Below are positions 10,895 through 21,933 of a DNA stretch of 64,000 nt, piece after piece. This stretch comes from a virus. Within the stretch, counting starts at the first letter, position 1; each line of letters opens with the position of its first letter. Position numbers and translations under genes: made by a program. The notes under the pieces were generated by a model. The model saw nothing but the letters and a program-made list of their open reading frames with translations, had not been told where the DNA came from and made no database searches. The stretch covers positions 32,001 to 96,000 of the IMG/VR virus record IMGVR_UViG_3300042862_000066, one strand, 5' to 3'.

Positions 10895-13817
10895 AAAATG
10901 CTCCCACTAAGTAACTATACGGAATAGGTCCTCCCTTCTTCTGATAATAGTTAGGATTCTCTCCTGCTGCATAAGTTGCCGGATTTCCTGCCGCTGGTGC
11001 TGCCTCATTATAAGCATTAAAGTAAGCTTGGTTTTGAGGATCCAGCATTGGTTTAGATTTTCCTTTTGTCCAAACTGCAGCTGCTGCGCCTGGATCTATA
11101 TCAGGATTATCTCTCATGAATTGAGCAAATGCTTCAGCATCACTTGCCACGCTATTTGCGTTTTCGTTAGCTATAACATCTCTTCCTTTTATGAAATCCA
11201 TATCTCCTCCTGATGCAGGATCAATATGGTAATTAGGATACATAGCGTTTAGCACCTGAGTTTTTGATCTATTAGTGTAAGCATCTGAAAGAGCTTCTGT
11301 CCATTTTGCACCAGCGTCTCTCTTCGCATTATCGTAGTTTTGATTAAGTGTATTAACCTGGTCAACGTAAGTTTGAATATTTTGTTTATTCATAGCCTGT
11401 GATTTGTTCATTATATCGGCAACCTTATATGAATACTCGTTAGCAGTATTAACATTAAGACCGTTATAACGTCCCATAGTTTGACCTATAATCTCTGCAA
11501 GCTTTCCTTGAGTTTCGGAAGCTCTTGCCCCCAAAGCTTGAGTAGATCCAGATACAGCTCTTGCCACATCCATTGCTCCTCTTGCGGCAGAGACATTAGC
11601 ATAGTTTTCTTGCTCAGGATTGTAGTATGTAACATTCGGTAAAGTCGGCGACATTGTTTGCAATGACGGATAATACTTATTAATGTTAAAGTAATTCTGT
11701 GCGGCATTCGCATTACGAAGTCTGTCCTGTAACCAGAATGGTGTATACTGGTCTCCTTTAACATAGTCAGGAGATTTTGGTTGTTTTATAGTTGGATCAA
11801 GTAATCTTGACTCTTCTGTTTCCGTAGGGTTTAGCGGATCAACTTTTCTCTCAAAAGTAAAAGCATCAGCATGCTCTAATCCTAATTTTTTGTCGTCGCT
11901 TAATCCTGGACGAAATTCTCCGGGATTAAAGAAGTTTTCTACTGCGTCAACATAGTTAAGGTTAGTTACAACGTTACCGTCTTTATCTTTAATTTCTCTA
12001 GCTGTCTTAACTCTTTTATTTCCTTGAATAAAAGCTTCTGTGTATAACTGGTCAGGCTTTGAGATATTAGCTTTGATATGTGAATCATTTATATCCATGC
12101 CCAAAGAGTAGAACATATTCTTTCTATTCGCTGTTTTACCATCAACATCCCCTACGGTTACTTCAGGAAGTGCTTCCCATTGTTCAGGAGTACCATTTGG
12201 ATTGCGAGCTTTCCAGAAACGATATTCATAAAATGATGGGTCAGTATAACCAAAAAAACCGCCTCCAGATTTTTGTCGAGACACTTGATATTTAGGTTCA
12301 TCTGGTACGCCTAATACATCTGACTCTGCTCCATAAGATAAAAACTTAGTTAAGAAATCTTTCTCAGCCGTAGTCATTTTACCACGAGCTTCAGACTTTA
12401 TATCCCAACCAGGATTGTACGTATTATCATTATCTTTCCACTTCTCAGCATGATAAACAGCCGCCTTAGCATCCTCTAATTTTTTTAGTATTGCTTCAGC
12501 CTTTATTTTATCTTCTTCAAGATTTCCAGTATAGTTTGTTTTACCTGACTTAGTAGTAGAAATAGGTTTAGTTTGATCATATGATGAGACCTTGTAATAC
12601 TTACCGTCTTCCTCATAGACATCTCCAGAATTCACGGCCTTGTCTTTAGATACAATTTTAGTATTAGCATCTACCGCAGGCTTCACTACTTTCTTTACAA
12701 TATATTTTTTACCGTTCTTTACAACGATACTCTCTCCTTCTTTTAATTCTACAGTAGGCTCTGTTGTTGTAGTAGGACCGTATTGTACAAAGTCTTTAAT
12801 TTTTGTTCCATAACCATCTACATAATAAACGGCACCATTAGCATCAGTTCTTACAAATATACCAGAGTTAGGATCAGGACGATTAGGATTACTTTGATCT
12901 AAACTACTAGGTTGATTTATTACTTCACTTAAAAGTTTTTTATACACATCATCATAGTATGCTCTTTCTCCATCGCGTTGAGCTCTTCTTTCTGCTTTTC
13001 TTTGCTTTCTAGGATTATCATATACCATATCATTAGGATCTGGTTCTCCTGTAGTTCCGCCCGGGGCATATTGTCTTAGATGACTCATCTGTCCTCCTCG
13101 TCTAGCCATAGGCATTTGAGGGGGCATCATTTCTTCTTGTTGACTAGCCATAGCTCCTTGCTGCATTGCCATCATCTCTTCCTCTGGAGCAGAAGGCATA
13201 CCTTGCTGAGGTTGCTGAGGTTGTTCCGGTTGTAAATCAGTCGGCATAAATATACTAGGATCTAACTGATACTTTGCTAGATACGGCATTGCAACTGTAG
13301 GAAGTCCTCCAGGAAAACCTTTCATTGATTCTTGAATCAATGCTAATTTAGCTAACTTAACATTATAGTTCGCTATAACTTGTTCGGCCGTACTTACTTG
13401 TAAAGCATCTGAGTTAGCATCAATTAATATCTTACGGTATGTATTTATATCATACTTCTTTGCTATCTCTGCTGGAGTATATCCTCCTTTCTTCTCAGGC
13501 ATTCCGAATTCTGCAAGTTGTACAGGATCTTTAATTCTCATTGATCTAGTATCACTAAAGATAAATGATTCTGCCGGAATAGCTAAAGGTACACCTCCTT
13601 CAAAGTGACGTTTACCTTTAATATTATAGTGTGCTGGTCCACCTTGCTTATTAGGGATAAGAACGGTCTCTCCTCCTTCTGCTTCAAGGTTAGCAACTTT
13701 CCTAGGAACACCACTTAAATATTTGCGAATATCAAGGGGCTTTTTACCTAAAGTGTTTGGGATATACTGCGGAGCCATTTGGTTCCCAGTACGTATGTTA
13801 TTATTGTTACCGTACAT
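10893..13817 (-). CDS. Cargo protein, crAss cargo-1-like (974 aa)
   Basis: N-terminal ANLEAEGGETV...GKRHFEGGVPL...FIFSD motif typical of crAss-like internal proteins, Q/M/P low-complexity linker, C-terminal YQKKGG. Confidence 0.65.
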   Translation of the reverse strand: MYGNNNNIRTGNQMAPQYIPNTLGKKPLDIRKYLSGVPRKVANLEAEGGETVLIPNKQGGPAHYNIKGKRHFEGGVPLAIPAESFIFSDTRSMRIKDPVQLAEFGMPEKKGGYTPAEIAKKYDINTYRKILIDANSDALQVSTAEQVIANYNVKLAKLALIQESMKGFPGGLPTVAMPYLAKYQLDPSIFMPTDLQPEQPQQPQQGMPSAPEEEMMAMQQGAMASQQEEMMPPQMPMARRGGQMSHLRQYAPGGTTGEPDPNDMVYDNPRKQRKAERRAQRDGERAYYDDVYKKLLSEVINQPSSLDQSNPNRPDPNSGIFVRTDANGAVYYVDGYGTKIKDFVQYGPTTTTEPTVELKEGESIVVKNGKKYIVKKVVKPAVDANTKIVSKDKAVNSGDVYEEDGKYYKVSSYDQTKPISTTKSGKTNYTGNLEEDKIKAEAILKKLEDAKAAVYHAEKWKDNDNTYNPGWDIKSEARGKMTTAEKDFLTKFLSYGAESDVLGVPDEPKYQVSRQKSGGGFFGYTDPSFYEYRFWKARNPNGTPEQWEALPEVTVGDVDGKTANRKNMFYSLGMDINDSHIKANISKPDQLYTEAFIQGNKRVKTAREIKDKDGNVVTNLNYVDAVENFFNPGEFRPGLSDDKKLGLEHADAFTFERKVDPLNPTETEESRLLDPTIKQPKSPDYVKGDQYTPFWLQDRLRNANAAQNYFNINKYYPSLQTMSPTLPNVTYYNPEQENYANVSAARGAMDVARAVSGSTQALGARASETQGKLAEIIGQTMGRYNGLNVNTANEYSYKVADIMNKSQAMNKQNIQTYVDQVNTLNQNYDNAKRDAGAKWTEALSDAYTNRSKTQVLNAMYPNYHIDPASGGDMDFIKGRDVIANENANSVASDAEAFAQFMRDNPDIDPGAAAAVWTKGKSKPMLDPQNQAYFNAYNEAAPAAGNPATYAAGENPNYYQKKGGPIPYSYLVGAF

Positions 13818-13819
13818 AT

Positions 13820-16729
13820 TTATAGATATGAAAGTTTACCGCCTCTTTTTAAAATATCGTTTATCTGTTCTTCTGTCAAATATACTTCATCTCCTTCCTT
13901 CATGCTATCTAACATACTTCCTCCCATTTGAGCATAGCCTGTATTGAATACAGGAATACCGCTTCCGTCTCCGATCATACGTTTACCACTATTAATTATG
14001 TCGTTACCATAGAATGACGGAGCTGTATTAAATACATTTGAAGCTTGGGACGCCTCGCTGAGTTTTCTTGCATTAGCCACTCTTTCATCTTGATTAAAAA
14101 AAGCAGTAGCAGCAGACATGTTTCGCATCATCTTATTAAAGCTAGGCTTTTTCTTTGTCTTTGATTTCTGCTTTACGTTAAATGGATTTTCAACAAACCA
14201 TATATTAGGATCATCTGACTTATCGTACTCTGTACCCTTATCTAAAACATCTATTCTTTGTTGATCGGTCATTGGGGCAGAACTTGGAAACTCTAATGGT
14301 TTTCCTGTAGTAGGGTCATAAATTATTCCATCTTCCTCTTCTTCAGCCATGTCTGTAAAACTAAACGGTCCCCCCGGTCCAAACATAGGTATCATAGTAC
14401 CACCGTGTTTTTTCTTAAGCTCCGTAGTCCCATACTTTTGCTCATTAATTGCAATAAGCCTATTAATATAATCATCCGTCTTACTAGGATCTGAATTATC
14501 AAAGGTATTCCAGTTATTAGTAGTATTGTCTACTCTTGCTGCCCAACCCGGATATCTTACACTAATGTTTCCATTTTTTCTCTCTAAGCGGCTATATGAT
14601 AATTTACGTTGATCTCCGTATGCTGAATTAAATGCTTCCGGGTCATCATTATATTGCTGAGTAATTAAAGCTTGTGTTGCAGGGTCATTCCAAAGTCTAT
14701 CTATCTCAGCTTTATTATCTCTTAAAGCAACTCTAAGATTTGCATTAGATTTTTGAATAGGTCTTCCATTTTTATCTACACCAGTCTTCTCCATTCCTAA
14801 AAACATCCCATCAGCTCCCTCAACTCCTGCGGCATACATTAAGTCTAGTCTTGGATCCATTGATGTATTAACTACAGCATCTTTTACATGCATCCTAAGA
14901 GCCGTCGGAAGTTTAGAAGTTTGATCTAAGATCTTTTGTTTTTCTTTTGCTTCTTCTGCAGTAACGGTCTTACTTGGAGTAGTAAACGCATCTCCTTTTT
15001 TTATATTAGCAAAGTAATCGTTTATAGTAGCATTCGTGTAACTAGGTAGTCCTGCAGGCTTATAGTTTCTCCAGTCATTAGGATCAGTTGAAGAAGTAGT
15101 ACTCTTATTATTCCCTTTAGCTGCTGATGCAGTTGCTGCGGCGCTTGCTGCAGTAGTAGATACAACAGCATTTAATGTTGGATCCCAAGTGTATCCTGGA
15201 GGTAATTGATTTCCTGAAGGATCTACATTAGGTTGTGGCTGCGGTTGTGATTGTGATTGTGATAACACAGTTGTTGGATTAGGTCCTACGTTAGCCGCAC
15301 CTGGTACACCTGGTACATTAGGATATTCAGGAGATCCAGGGATATACTGAGATTGGAAAGGAGCTTCTTGCGAATCTGTACGCCTAGGTCCGGATTGATC
15401 TATTTCCATATTACCTGGAAAATCTTGCCATCCTCCACTAGGTGGAAAATAGTCTGTATCTTGGCCAGGACGGAATGTATAGTCTTCTGCCGCTTTAACA
15501 CCTGGACTAACTATTCTTGGATCGTTAGGATCCGGTTGAGGCCCAGTAGTTTTATTTTGTGTAGTTGATCCAGGAACTGTTGTTGATCCAGGAACTGTTG
15601 TTGATCCTGGAGCAGTCCCATTATTATTGCTAGCATACGGATCACCAGATAGTTTACCGTACTGCCATGTAGTAATATTTCTCTTGAAAGGACCCCAACC
15701 TTTTTCTTCAATAATAGGTGGACCTAATAATTTAGTATCTAGGTAAGTACCTTTTTGCATAGCTTGAGCAAAGTCTTTTGTAAGTCTATTACGATTTCTG
15801 TAATCGAATCTAGTACCTTCCTCTTTCTTTGCTTCAGCAGCTTCGAACATACGGCCATCAGGCCCAATAGCATAAAGCTTACCGTTGATCATCTGTGTTC
15901 TAAAACCGTCTTTCTTATCTTCTTTATTAACACCAGTTCCTGTATTATTAGCAGTAGCATTAGCATATGCTTCTTTAGCCTCTTTTGATTTAGTAGGATC
16001 TCCGTTTAACAACATATCTGGGCCACCACCAATAGTAGTAGTGCTTGGGTTCTCATCCCCTACATATTTGTCTAGTCCTCCGCCATAGCCCATCTCTCCG
16101 TAAGTGTAGTTCTCATAGACCGGATTCTTCTGTTTAAATATATCGGCCATGCCCGTTCTGAACTTACTCTTGATATCAGTATAGGTATCAGGAATACCAT
16201 TCTTTTTATTATAGGCAGCTTCACGATCAATTAAAGATGTTCTTTGACCAAAGTCTTTAAATGCATTTTTTACGTCTCCTATTTTATTCTTAGCAAACAT
16301 TTCTAAGTTGCCGGCATCATAAAGACTACTTCCGTAATCAGGACGTTGGTTAACATTCATACCGTATCCGGCCTGAACCATTTCCTCATCTGTATATTCT
16401 CTCTCCTCGTTCTCTCCCTGTGATTCTCTCATTACCTCTTTTAACAGATTCTTCTGAGCAGTTTCCTGAATGGTCTTAATAAAAGTGTTAACCCTATTAG
16501 TATAGAAACTTTGGTCGCCTTCATCCATATCTGTGTCACCACCTTCTGCTAGGATTGGATATTTACCTCCATAATAATGTTCAAACTCCTGCATAGTTTT
16601 CATATCAACACCGTTTAAATCTGCACCGGTTTGATATTCAGGAAGTTGACCAGGCATAGCTTGGGTATAACCTACAGGGCCACCGCCATTGAATCGAAGA
16701 AAAAGTCTAGATAATTTTTCGTTTTTCAT
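13820..16729 (-). CDS. Low-complexity internal virion protein (969 aa)
   Basis: P/G/T-rich, many xxGG motifs, C-terminal EGDEVYLTEEQINDILKRGGKLSYL; lies between muzzle and cargo genes. Confidence 0.6.
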   Translation of the reverse strand: MKNEKLSRLFLRFNGGGPVGYTQAMPGQLPEYQTGADLNGVDMKTMQEFEHYYGGKYPILAEGGDTDMDEGDQSFYTNRVNTFIKTIQETAQKNLLKEVMRESQGENEEREYTDEEMVQAGYGMNVNQRPDYGSSLYDAGNLEMFAKNKIGDVKNAFKDFGQRTSLIDREAAYNKKNGIPDTYTDIKSKFRTGMADIFKQKNPVYENYTYGEMGYGGGLDKYVGDENPSTTTIGGGPDMLLNGDPTKSKEAKEAYANATANNTGTGVNKEDKKDGFRTQMINGKLYAIGPDGRMFEAAEAKKEEGTRFDYRNRNRLTKDFAQAMQKGTYLDTKLLGPPIIEEKGWGPFKRNITTWQYGKLSGDPYASNNNGTAPGSTTVPGSTTVPGSTTQNKTTGPQPDPNDPRIVSPGVKAAEDYTFRPGQDTDYFPPSGGWQDFPGNMEIDQSGPRRTDSQEAPFQSQYIPGSPEYPNVPGVPGAANVGPNPTTVLSQSQSQPQPQPNVDPSGNQLPPGYTWDPTLNAVVSTTAASAAATASAAKGNNKSTTSSTDPNDWRNYKPAGLPSYTNATINDYFANIKKGDAFTTPSKTVTAEEAKEKQKILDQTSKLPTALRMHVKDAVVNTSMDPRLDLMYAAGVEGADGMFLGMEKTGVDKNGRPIQKSNANLRVALRDNKAEIDRLWNDPATQALITQQYNDDPEAFNSAYGDQRKLSYSRLERKNGNISVRYPGWAARVDNTTNNWNTFDNSDPSKTDDYINRLIAINEQKYGTTELKKKHGGTMIPMFGPGGPFSFTDMAEEEEDGIIYDPTTGKPLEFPSSAPMTDQQRIDVLDKGTEYDKSDDPNIWFVENPFNVKQKSKTKKKPSFNKMMRNMSAATAFFNQDERVANARKLSEASQASNVFNTAPSFYGNDIINSGKRMIGDGSGIPVFNTGYAQMGGSMLDSMKEGDEVYLTEEQINDILKRGGKLSYL
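15564..15611. repeat. 18-bp tandem repeat (~2.7 copies) encoding PGSTTV
   Basis: gttgatccaggaactgtt x2 followed by gttgatcctgga. Confidence 0.9.
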
Positions 16730-16769
16730 AAGCTGCTAAGATAAGCATTATATTATAAGATACTGATTT

Positions 16770-18116
16770 TTACTTGTTTTTCCAATTGTTAGGTAGCGAG
16801 TCTATCTTTACTCGCTTTAAGGATCCTCCATATTTTTCTTGCATTAAACCTAACCTTTTTATTTGATCATAAAACTTACTGTAAGATCCAGGATCGGTCA
16901 TTGTCTTAAATCTTTCTCCAGTAAGTTCATATCTATCTGTTGCCCCTTGTGGTCCAACATATTGACCCGAAACTATCATTGGTATATCTACATCTCCTTC
17001 ATCATAACCTACAGTAGCTTTATATTCTGTAGCTCCTGTGCCCATACCTAAGTTAGGTCTTCTAGGATCAGGTAGTATTTCACCAGTCCTAGGATTTCTT
17101 GGTTGATTATACTCAGGTAAGGTATATATATTTTGTTCTTTAAGCGGTAATCCAAATGGCATATCCCCGCCTTCTTGTTTCTTTGGTTTTAAGCCAATTG
17201 CTCCTGTAAATGTATTATAAGCAGATTTAGCAAAACCCTGAGAGTCTTCTGCAGCAGCTGTGTTATATGCATTTGTACCAATACCGTAATATTTTCCAAT
17301 TTGCTTAGCGCCTGTCTGCCAAGGCCCAAAACCAGAAAATGTTTTAATTCCGGTTGATGCAATATTTCCTAAACCCGCAGCCAACTGATCTGTGTTCCCT
17401 GTTCTATTATAGTCTTTAAAACTTTTAATTGTTTCAGGAACAACTTTATTTCCAAAATCATAAGCGCCTTTTGCTCTTAGTGCTCCAGACACTTCCGGTA
17501 TTGCTTCAAAAGCTGCACTAGTTTCTCCAAGAGTAGTAGCAGCTGCCCCTAATGATGAAAGAGCTACAGGGGCCATAAAGGCCGCTTCAAAAATAGGAAC
17601 ACTAGGAAGACCTGCAGGATCCATATCTGACACGCTTCTGTTCTTGTAGTATTCTATCTCCTGCCTGTTTTTTTCTTCTCTTTGCGCTTTAAGTGCAGCG
17701 TTCTCATTTGCAATACCAGCGTTTACTTTTGTAGGACCTACGCTTGATTTCTCATAAGCAGGATTGGGTTGTCCTGCTGTAGCCCTTTGTTGTCTTACTT
17801 CCTGGGGTACAGATACGGGAGCATTAGGTTTACTAGCTGCAATATTTCTTTGAACATTCTGTAGCTGTGGGGCTGCTAGTTGTGGGCCTTGCGGTATAGA
17901 AGCGTCAGGTTGGTATCCAAAACCAGGTCTTGGATTTTTTCCCCAGTTTGATTTTTGGTAATCAGCAACAGAGTTCCATCCCATAGCTTGGGCTCTTTTA
18001 TTAAGCTCAAGGTTTTCTGCATAACTTTTACTAGTATCATAGCTAGTATCAAAATTTTGATTAAGCCCGTACTGTGCTTTAGGTAAAGATAATATCTTAA
18101 CTTTTTTATAAGCCAT
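16770..18116 (-). CDS. Probable internal virion protein (448 aa from MAYKKVK)
   Basis: ORF track 16770..18134; ATG at 18116 overlapping the upstream gene end is more likely. KxVKIxSLP motif at both termini; KKQEGG and EKYGG motifs. Confidence 0.6.
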   Translation of the reverse strand: MAYKKVKILSLPKAQYGLNQNFDTSYDTSKSYAENLELNKRAQAMGWNSVADYQKSNWGKNPRPGFGYQPDASIPQGPQLAAPQLQNVQRNIAASKPNAPVSVPQEVRQQRATAGQPNPAYEKSSVGPTKVNAGIANENAALKAQREEKNRQEIEYYKNRSVSDMDPAGLPSVPIFEAAFMAPVALSSLGAAATTLGETSAAFEAIPEVSGALRAKGAYDFGNKVVPETIKSFKDYNRTGNTDQLAAGLGNIASTGIKTFSGFGPWQTGAKQIGKYYGIGTNAYNTAAAEDSQGFAKSAYNTFTGAIGLKPKKQEGGDMPFGLPLKEQNIYTLPEYNQPRNPRTGEILPDPRRPNLGMGTGATEYKATVGYDEGDVDIPMIVSGQYVGPQGATDRYELTGERFKTMTDPGSYSKFYDQIKRLGLMQEKYGGSLKRVKIDSLPNNWKNK

Positions 18117-21100
18117 ATGCCTTTGTATAATCAAACGGTATGTATCCTAGGAATGGTTTTTCATTGTAACTTACTTCTCCACCATATTTCTTTTTAGCAA
18201 CAACCGGAGCATCTGTTAATTTTTTAATACCCCACTGCGGAAGCATAATCTGACCATTAGCATCTATGTATGGAAACTTATCTTCAAATTGTAAGTTAAC
18301 TCCTGTTTTCTTTTGGAAGTTATTAAGTTTATTATTTATAAGCTTAAGTATTTCTTCATTATTTGCTCCAGCTTTACTCATATAACCATAACTATTCATG
18401 GGTTGAAAGCCTAAGAAAGCGGGCTCTAATTTTCCGGCATTATCTGGATTTTTAATAGTCTTCATTATATAGTCCATTTGTACAACATATGAATTATGAC
18501 TTGTACTTGTGGAACCTGTAATAACATCACCTGCCTTACCATTAGCTAAATAAGAGTCTAAGCTTCTTGTTACACTTTCTAGCATCTTTCGCTCATTAGT
18601 AAAATTCTTGGCAAAAAGAGCAGGGGTGGCTTGCTGATAGTTATTGGTAACAGCTTGTTCAGTAGATGGTCTATACTGAGGACTCGAATTAAGATCAACA
18701 ATTCCTTGTTTATTTCTTTTTACGGCGCCCTTAAATTGTGCTTCAGTTAATGGTGTAACAAACTCATCTCGTCGAGCTGCCCTTCTTCCAGCTCTAACTT
18801 CATCTGTAACTTTACCTAAAAACTTATCTAGAGTACCTTCTTTAGGAACCTCTCCATACTTACCAAAAACTTTTTCATATCGTGAAGCATCATTTGTTAA
18901 CTGATAACCATATTGATTAGCATTAATAAGCATATCAAATGGATTATCTGATTCATTTAACATGTGAGCAAAGCTGTCTATACGATCCTGCTCACTAAGG
19001 TAAGCGTCTCCCTGTATATTTGCCGTTATATCGTTATAGCCCTCTTTAAGTAATTTTGTATCTTTTTTAGATAAGTTAAAATCCTTAGCTACATTATCAA
19101 GTATAACATTTACATCTGGTGGGTTTGCTATACTACCCATGCTACCAGGAGCCTGACGAGTAGTAGGATTTCTTGACCATCCTGCTAGGGGTTTTGCTGG
19201 CATCGACCCGTCTAAAGCAGCAGCATGCGCCCTACGAAAAGCTTCTTCTTTTGATAGACCTTGATCAGCCATTAATTTTTCTGCTGCACGATCTATATTT
19301 AATTCCAAACTTTTTGTTTGAGCAGCATTATATCCATTTCTTGCTGCACTTATTTTAGCGGACTCATTTGCATTTTTTGGCATTTTAGTTATTGATTCAA
19401 AACCGGATGCCGTTCGTCTACCATCCATTCTGGTATAACCCCCTCTATCAAGAGCATTCCTTACTTCATATAATGCTTGCCTAGGATCGGCTCCGCTCAT
19501 AATAGCACTATCGTAAAGTGCCTGAATGTTATCATTTACTGCGGCTTTTTCACGAGATGATAATCCAATATTATTTGCATGGTCACCAAAAAAAGTTTTT
19601 ACCTCATCTAAATCGTTAAAGCTAGCAGGTATTGGCTTATTAGGCCTAACAGCATTGCCACTTGGACCACGTGTAAAATTTACACTTGATGGCATATCTT
19701 CTGGCGCCACGACACCAGTAAAGTCTCTAGGTCCTTCAGCTTGAAAACCAGCAGGTAAATCTCCACCAGCATAGTTTGGTAAAGTTTGTATTTCTTTTGA
19801 GGGTTGTTCTGCGATAGCGGCTACAGAACTGGGAGCACCATGTTGTGTTTCAAGTTGATTTAACACTAAAGCTCTATCTTGAGCATCTAAGTTTTTCCAG
19901 TTTGTTCCCTGATTAGTAAGTTCATCCGTTATTTGCTGACGAACAGTTTCAGGATAAGCTGCAAATCTTGCATCTTGTTCAGCTAAAGGTTTTAGATCAT
20001 TTAAAAATTCTGCTTTAGTTTTTGACGTATATCCAACATTAGCATTTGCATTATTTAATAACTGTCTTATTTGATCATCAGGTAGATTACTATTAAGTAC
20101 AGCATCGTACATATCCTGATACGTCCTACCTTTATAATCAAAGGCACCACCAATAGTATTTGTTGAAGCAGCTCTTGCTGTAACATTTGGATCAATATCA
20201 TTAAAGGCTTGATATCCTGGAACAGCATCCCTTGCAAAAATTCCTGCTTTTGATTCTAGAAAAGATCCTGTTTTGTTTAATAGTCCTGTAGCGGTTCTTG
20301 TTCCTATCTCAGTACCAGCTTGAATAAAAGGTTTTGCTGCCCGAACCCCTTTTATTGCTTGTTTGCCTATCCCCATTCCAACTAAGTTTAAAGGATCTAT
20401 TATAGCATTTCCAAATTCATCAAGAACAATATCTCTTCCCCCTGTGTAATCAATAGGGGATGCTCCAGAAAAACCTCTACCGCTACCTTCTGTGATCATG
20501 CCTTTAAGACCTTCTGCTGGAATAGTTACCATGCCTAAAGCGTCTAATATTCCAGCATTTTTTGCCTCTTCTTCAGATAGTTGTTCTGGAAAAAGATTAG
20601 GCACCTGAGGACGCATATCCTCAGGTAATGCCCGCATAGCTAGTCCCGCTGGTGAAAGTAAACCAGTTGTAGCAGAACTTAATAAACCTTGAGCACCTGC
20701 TGCCCATTTATTAGCAGCAACTTCTCCGCTAAACTTTTTTGATTGTTGTAATGTAGCTAATTCACCTGGACTAAAACTGGCTAACCACTCCTGTCTACTT
20801 CTATCTCCTTGAGGATTTTCTCCTAAAATCTTCATGGCAATATAATCAGTCTTAGCATTTTGGTAATTAGTTTTTCTATTATTATAACCCCAACCCTCTC
20901 CTGTATAAGGATTAGTAGCAGTTTTACCAATGCCTAATAAACTACCAAGAAACTTTTCCGTTACAGGTGAATTAGGATCTGTACCGTCTTCCCAGTTATT
21001 TGGATCAGGATTTTGAGTCATAAATTCTCTAGCATATTTAGTACCCCTGTTTGGGGCACCTACTGCATTTACCTGAGGCATTCGGTATGCTATGTTATTC

Positions 21101-21933
21101 ATAGGAAAGCTCGAAGATATGTTTCCGTTCTCCCTATTAAATTCATCAGGATTATAGTTTATATATCCTCTAAAATCTTGATTACGATTAGTATTACTAA
21201 TATCCGCTTGATAGGTATTTGATTCTGAAAACTCAGGTAAAGGCATCCATTGATTTGGTGCCCCTACCACAGGAGTCTGATACGCATAAGGTACTCCAGT
21301 AAGGGGGATCATAGGTGGATCAGTTGGTACTGTACTTGGATCAGTATCACCTTGAAAGATTCTAAGGCTACCACCGTTACGCATTTTTCTGTGGTTATCA
21401 ATAAGTCTTTGAATAACCGTAGGGTCTGTAATTTTTCCGTTCATTTTATTTAAGGGCATTTCTAATACATAATTTCCATCAAACTGGTGATCTTCTCCAG
21501 GTTGCATTCTTACAAGGCCACCGCCTTGATATCTAGATAAAAGTTGTTGATATGTTTTATCATCTGGTGCTGGTATTCTTTTTTCAAAAGTAGAACTCCC
21601 ATTTGATGTAAGTCTTTGCCAATCATCTAATGCTCTTTGTTCATTAGTTAATTCTGTAGGCCACTTAACTCCTGTACTTTTACCAGAGCTTGTATCAAAA
21701 CCTCTAGCCATTATATTCTGATTAGTCATTGGTATTTCATATACTGAATCACCAGGGAATTTATATTCTTGACCAGGCATCATCATTTGTTGATTACCCT
21801 GATCGTCTATACCAAATACAGGATAGGGCACATCCTGCATTGTTATACGTCCATTTGCATTAGGTATAATAGTTTCCTGACCCGGATATTTCCATTGTCC
21901 ATATTTAGACACAATAGGTTTCTTTTTAGTCAT
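18106..21933 (-). CDS. Large internal virion protein (1275 aa)
   Basis: N-terminal GQWKYPG...ITMQDVPYPV.G.D...MMPGQEYKFPG..VYEIPM module, G/A-rich hydrophobic middle, C-terminal KKKYGG. Confidence 0.6.
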   Translation of the reverse strand: MTKKKPIVSKYGQWKYPGQETIIPNANGRITMQDVPYPVFGIDDQGNQQMMMPGQEYKFPGDSVYEIPMTNQNIMARGFDTSSGKSTGVKWPTELTNEQRALDDWQRLTSNGSSTFEKRIPAPDDKTYQQLLSRYQGGGLVRMQPGEDHQFDGNYVLEMPLNKMNGKITDPTVIQRLIDNHRKMRNGGSLRIFQGDTDPSTVPTDPPMIPLTGVPYAYQTPVVGAPNQWMPLPEFSESNTYQADISNTNRNQDFRGYINYNPDEFNRENGNISSSFPMNNIAYRMPQVNAVGAPNRGTKYAREFMTQNPDPNNWEDGTDPNSPVTEKFLGSLLGIGKTATNPYTGEGWGYNNRKTNYQNAKTDYIAMKILGENPQGDRSRQEWLASFSPGELATLQQSKKFSGEVAANKWAAGAQGLLSSATTGLLSPAGLAMRALPEDMRPQVPNLFPEQLSEEEAKNAGILDALGMVTIPAEGLKGMITEGSGRGFSGASPIDYTGGRDIVLDEFGNAIIDPLNLVGMGIGKQAIKGVRAAKPFIQAGTEIGTRTATGLLNKTGSFLESKAGIFARDAVPGYQAFNDIDPNVTARAASTNTIGGAFDYKGRTYQDMYDAVLNSNLPDDQIRQLLNNANANVGYTSKTKAEFLNDLKPLAEQDARFAAYPETVRQQITDELTNQGTNWKNLDAQDRALVLNQLETQHGAPSSVAAIAEQPSKEIQTLPNYAGGDLPAGFQAEGPRDFTGVVAPEDMPSSVNFTRGPSGNAVRPNKPIPASFNDLDEVKTFFGDHANNIGLSSREKAAVNDNIQALYDSAIMSGADPRQALYEVRNALDRGGYTRMDGRRTASGFESITKMPKNANESAKISAARNGYNAAQTKSLELNIDRAAEKLMADQGLSKEEAFRRAHAAALDGSMPAKPLAGWSRNPTTRQAPGSMGSIANPPDVNVILDNVAKDFNLSKKDTKLLKEGYNDITANIQGDAYLSEQDRIDSFAHMLNESDNPFDMLINANQYGYQLTNDASRYEKVFGKYGEVPKEGTLDKFLGKVTDEVRAGRRAARRDEFVTPLTEAQFKGAVKRNKQGIVDLNSSPQYRPSTEQAVTNNYQQATPALFAKNFTNERKMLESVTRSLDSYLANGKAGDVITGSTSTSHNSYVVQMDYIMKTIKNPDNAGKLEPAFLGFQPMNSYGYMSKAGANNEEILKLINNKLNNFQKKTGVNLQFEDKFPYIDANGQIMLPQWGIKKLTDAPVVAKKKYGGEVSYNEKPFLGYIPFDYTKAYGL

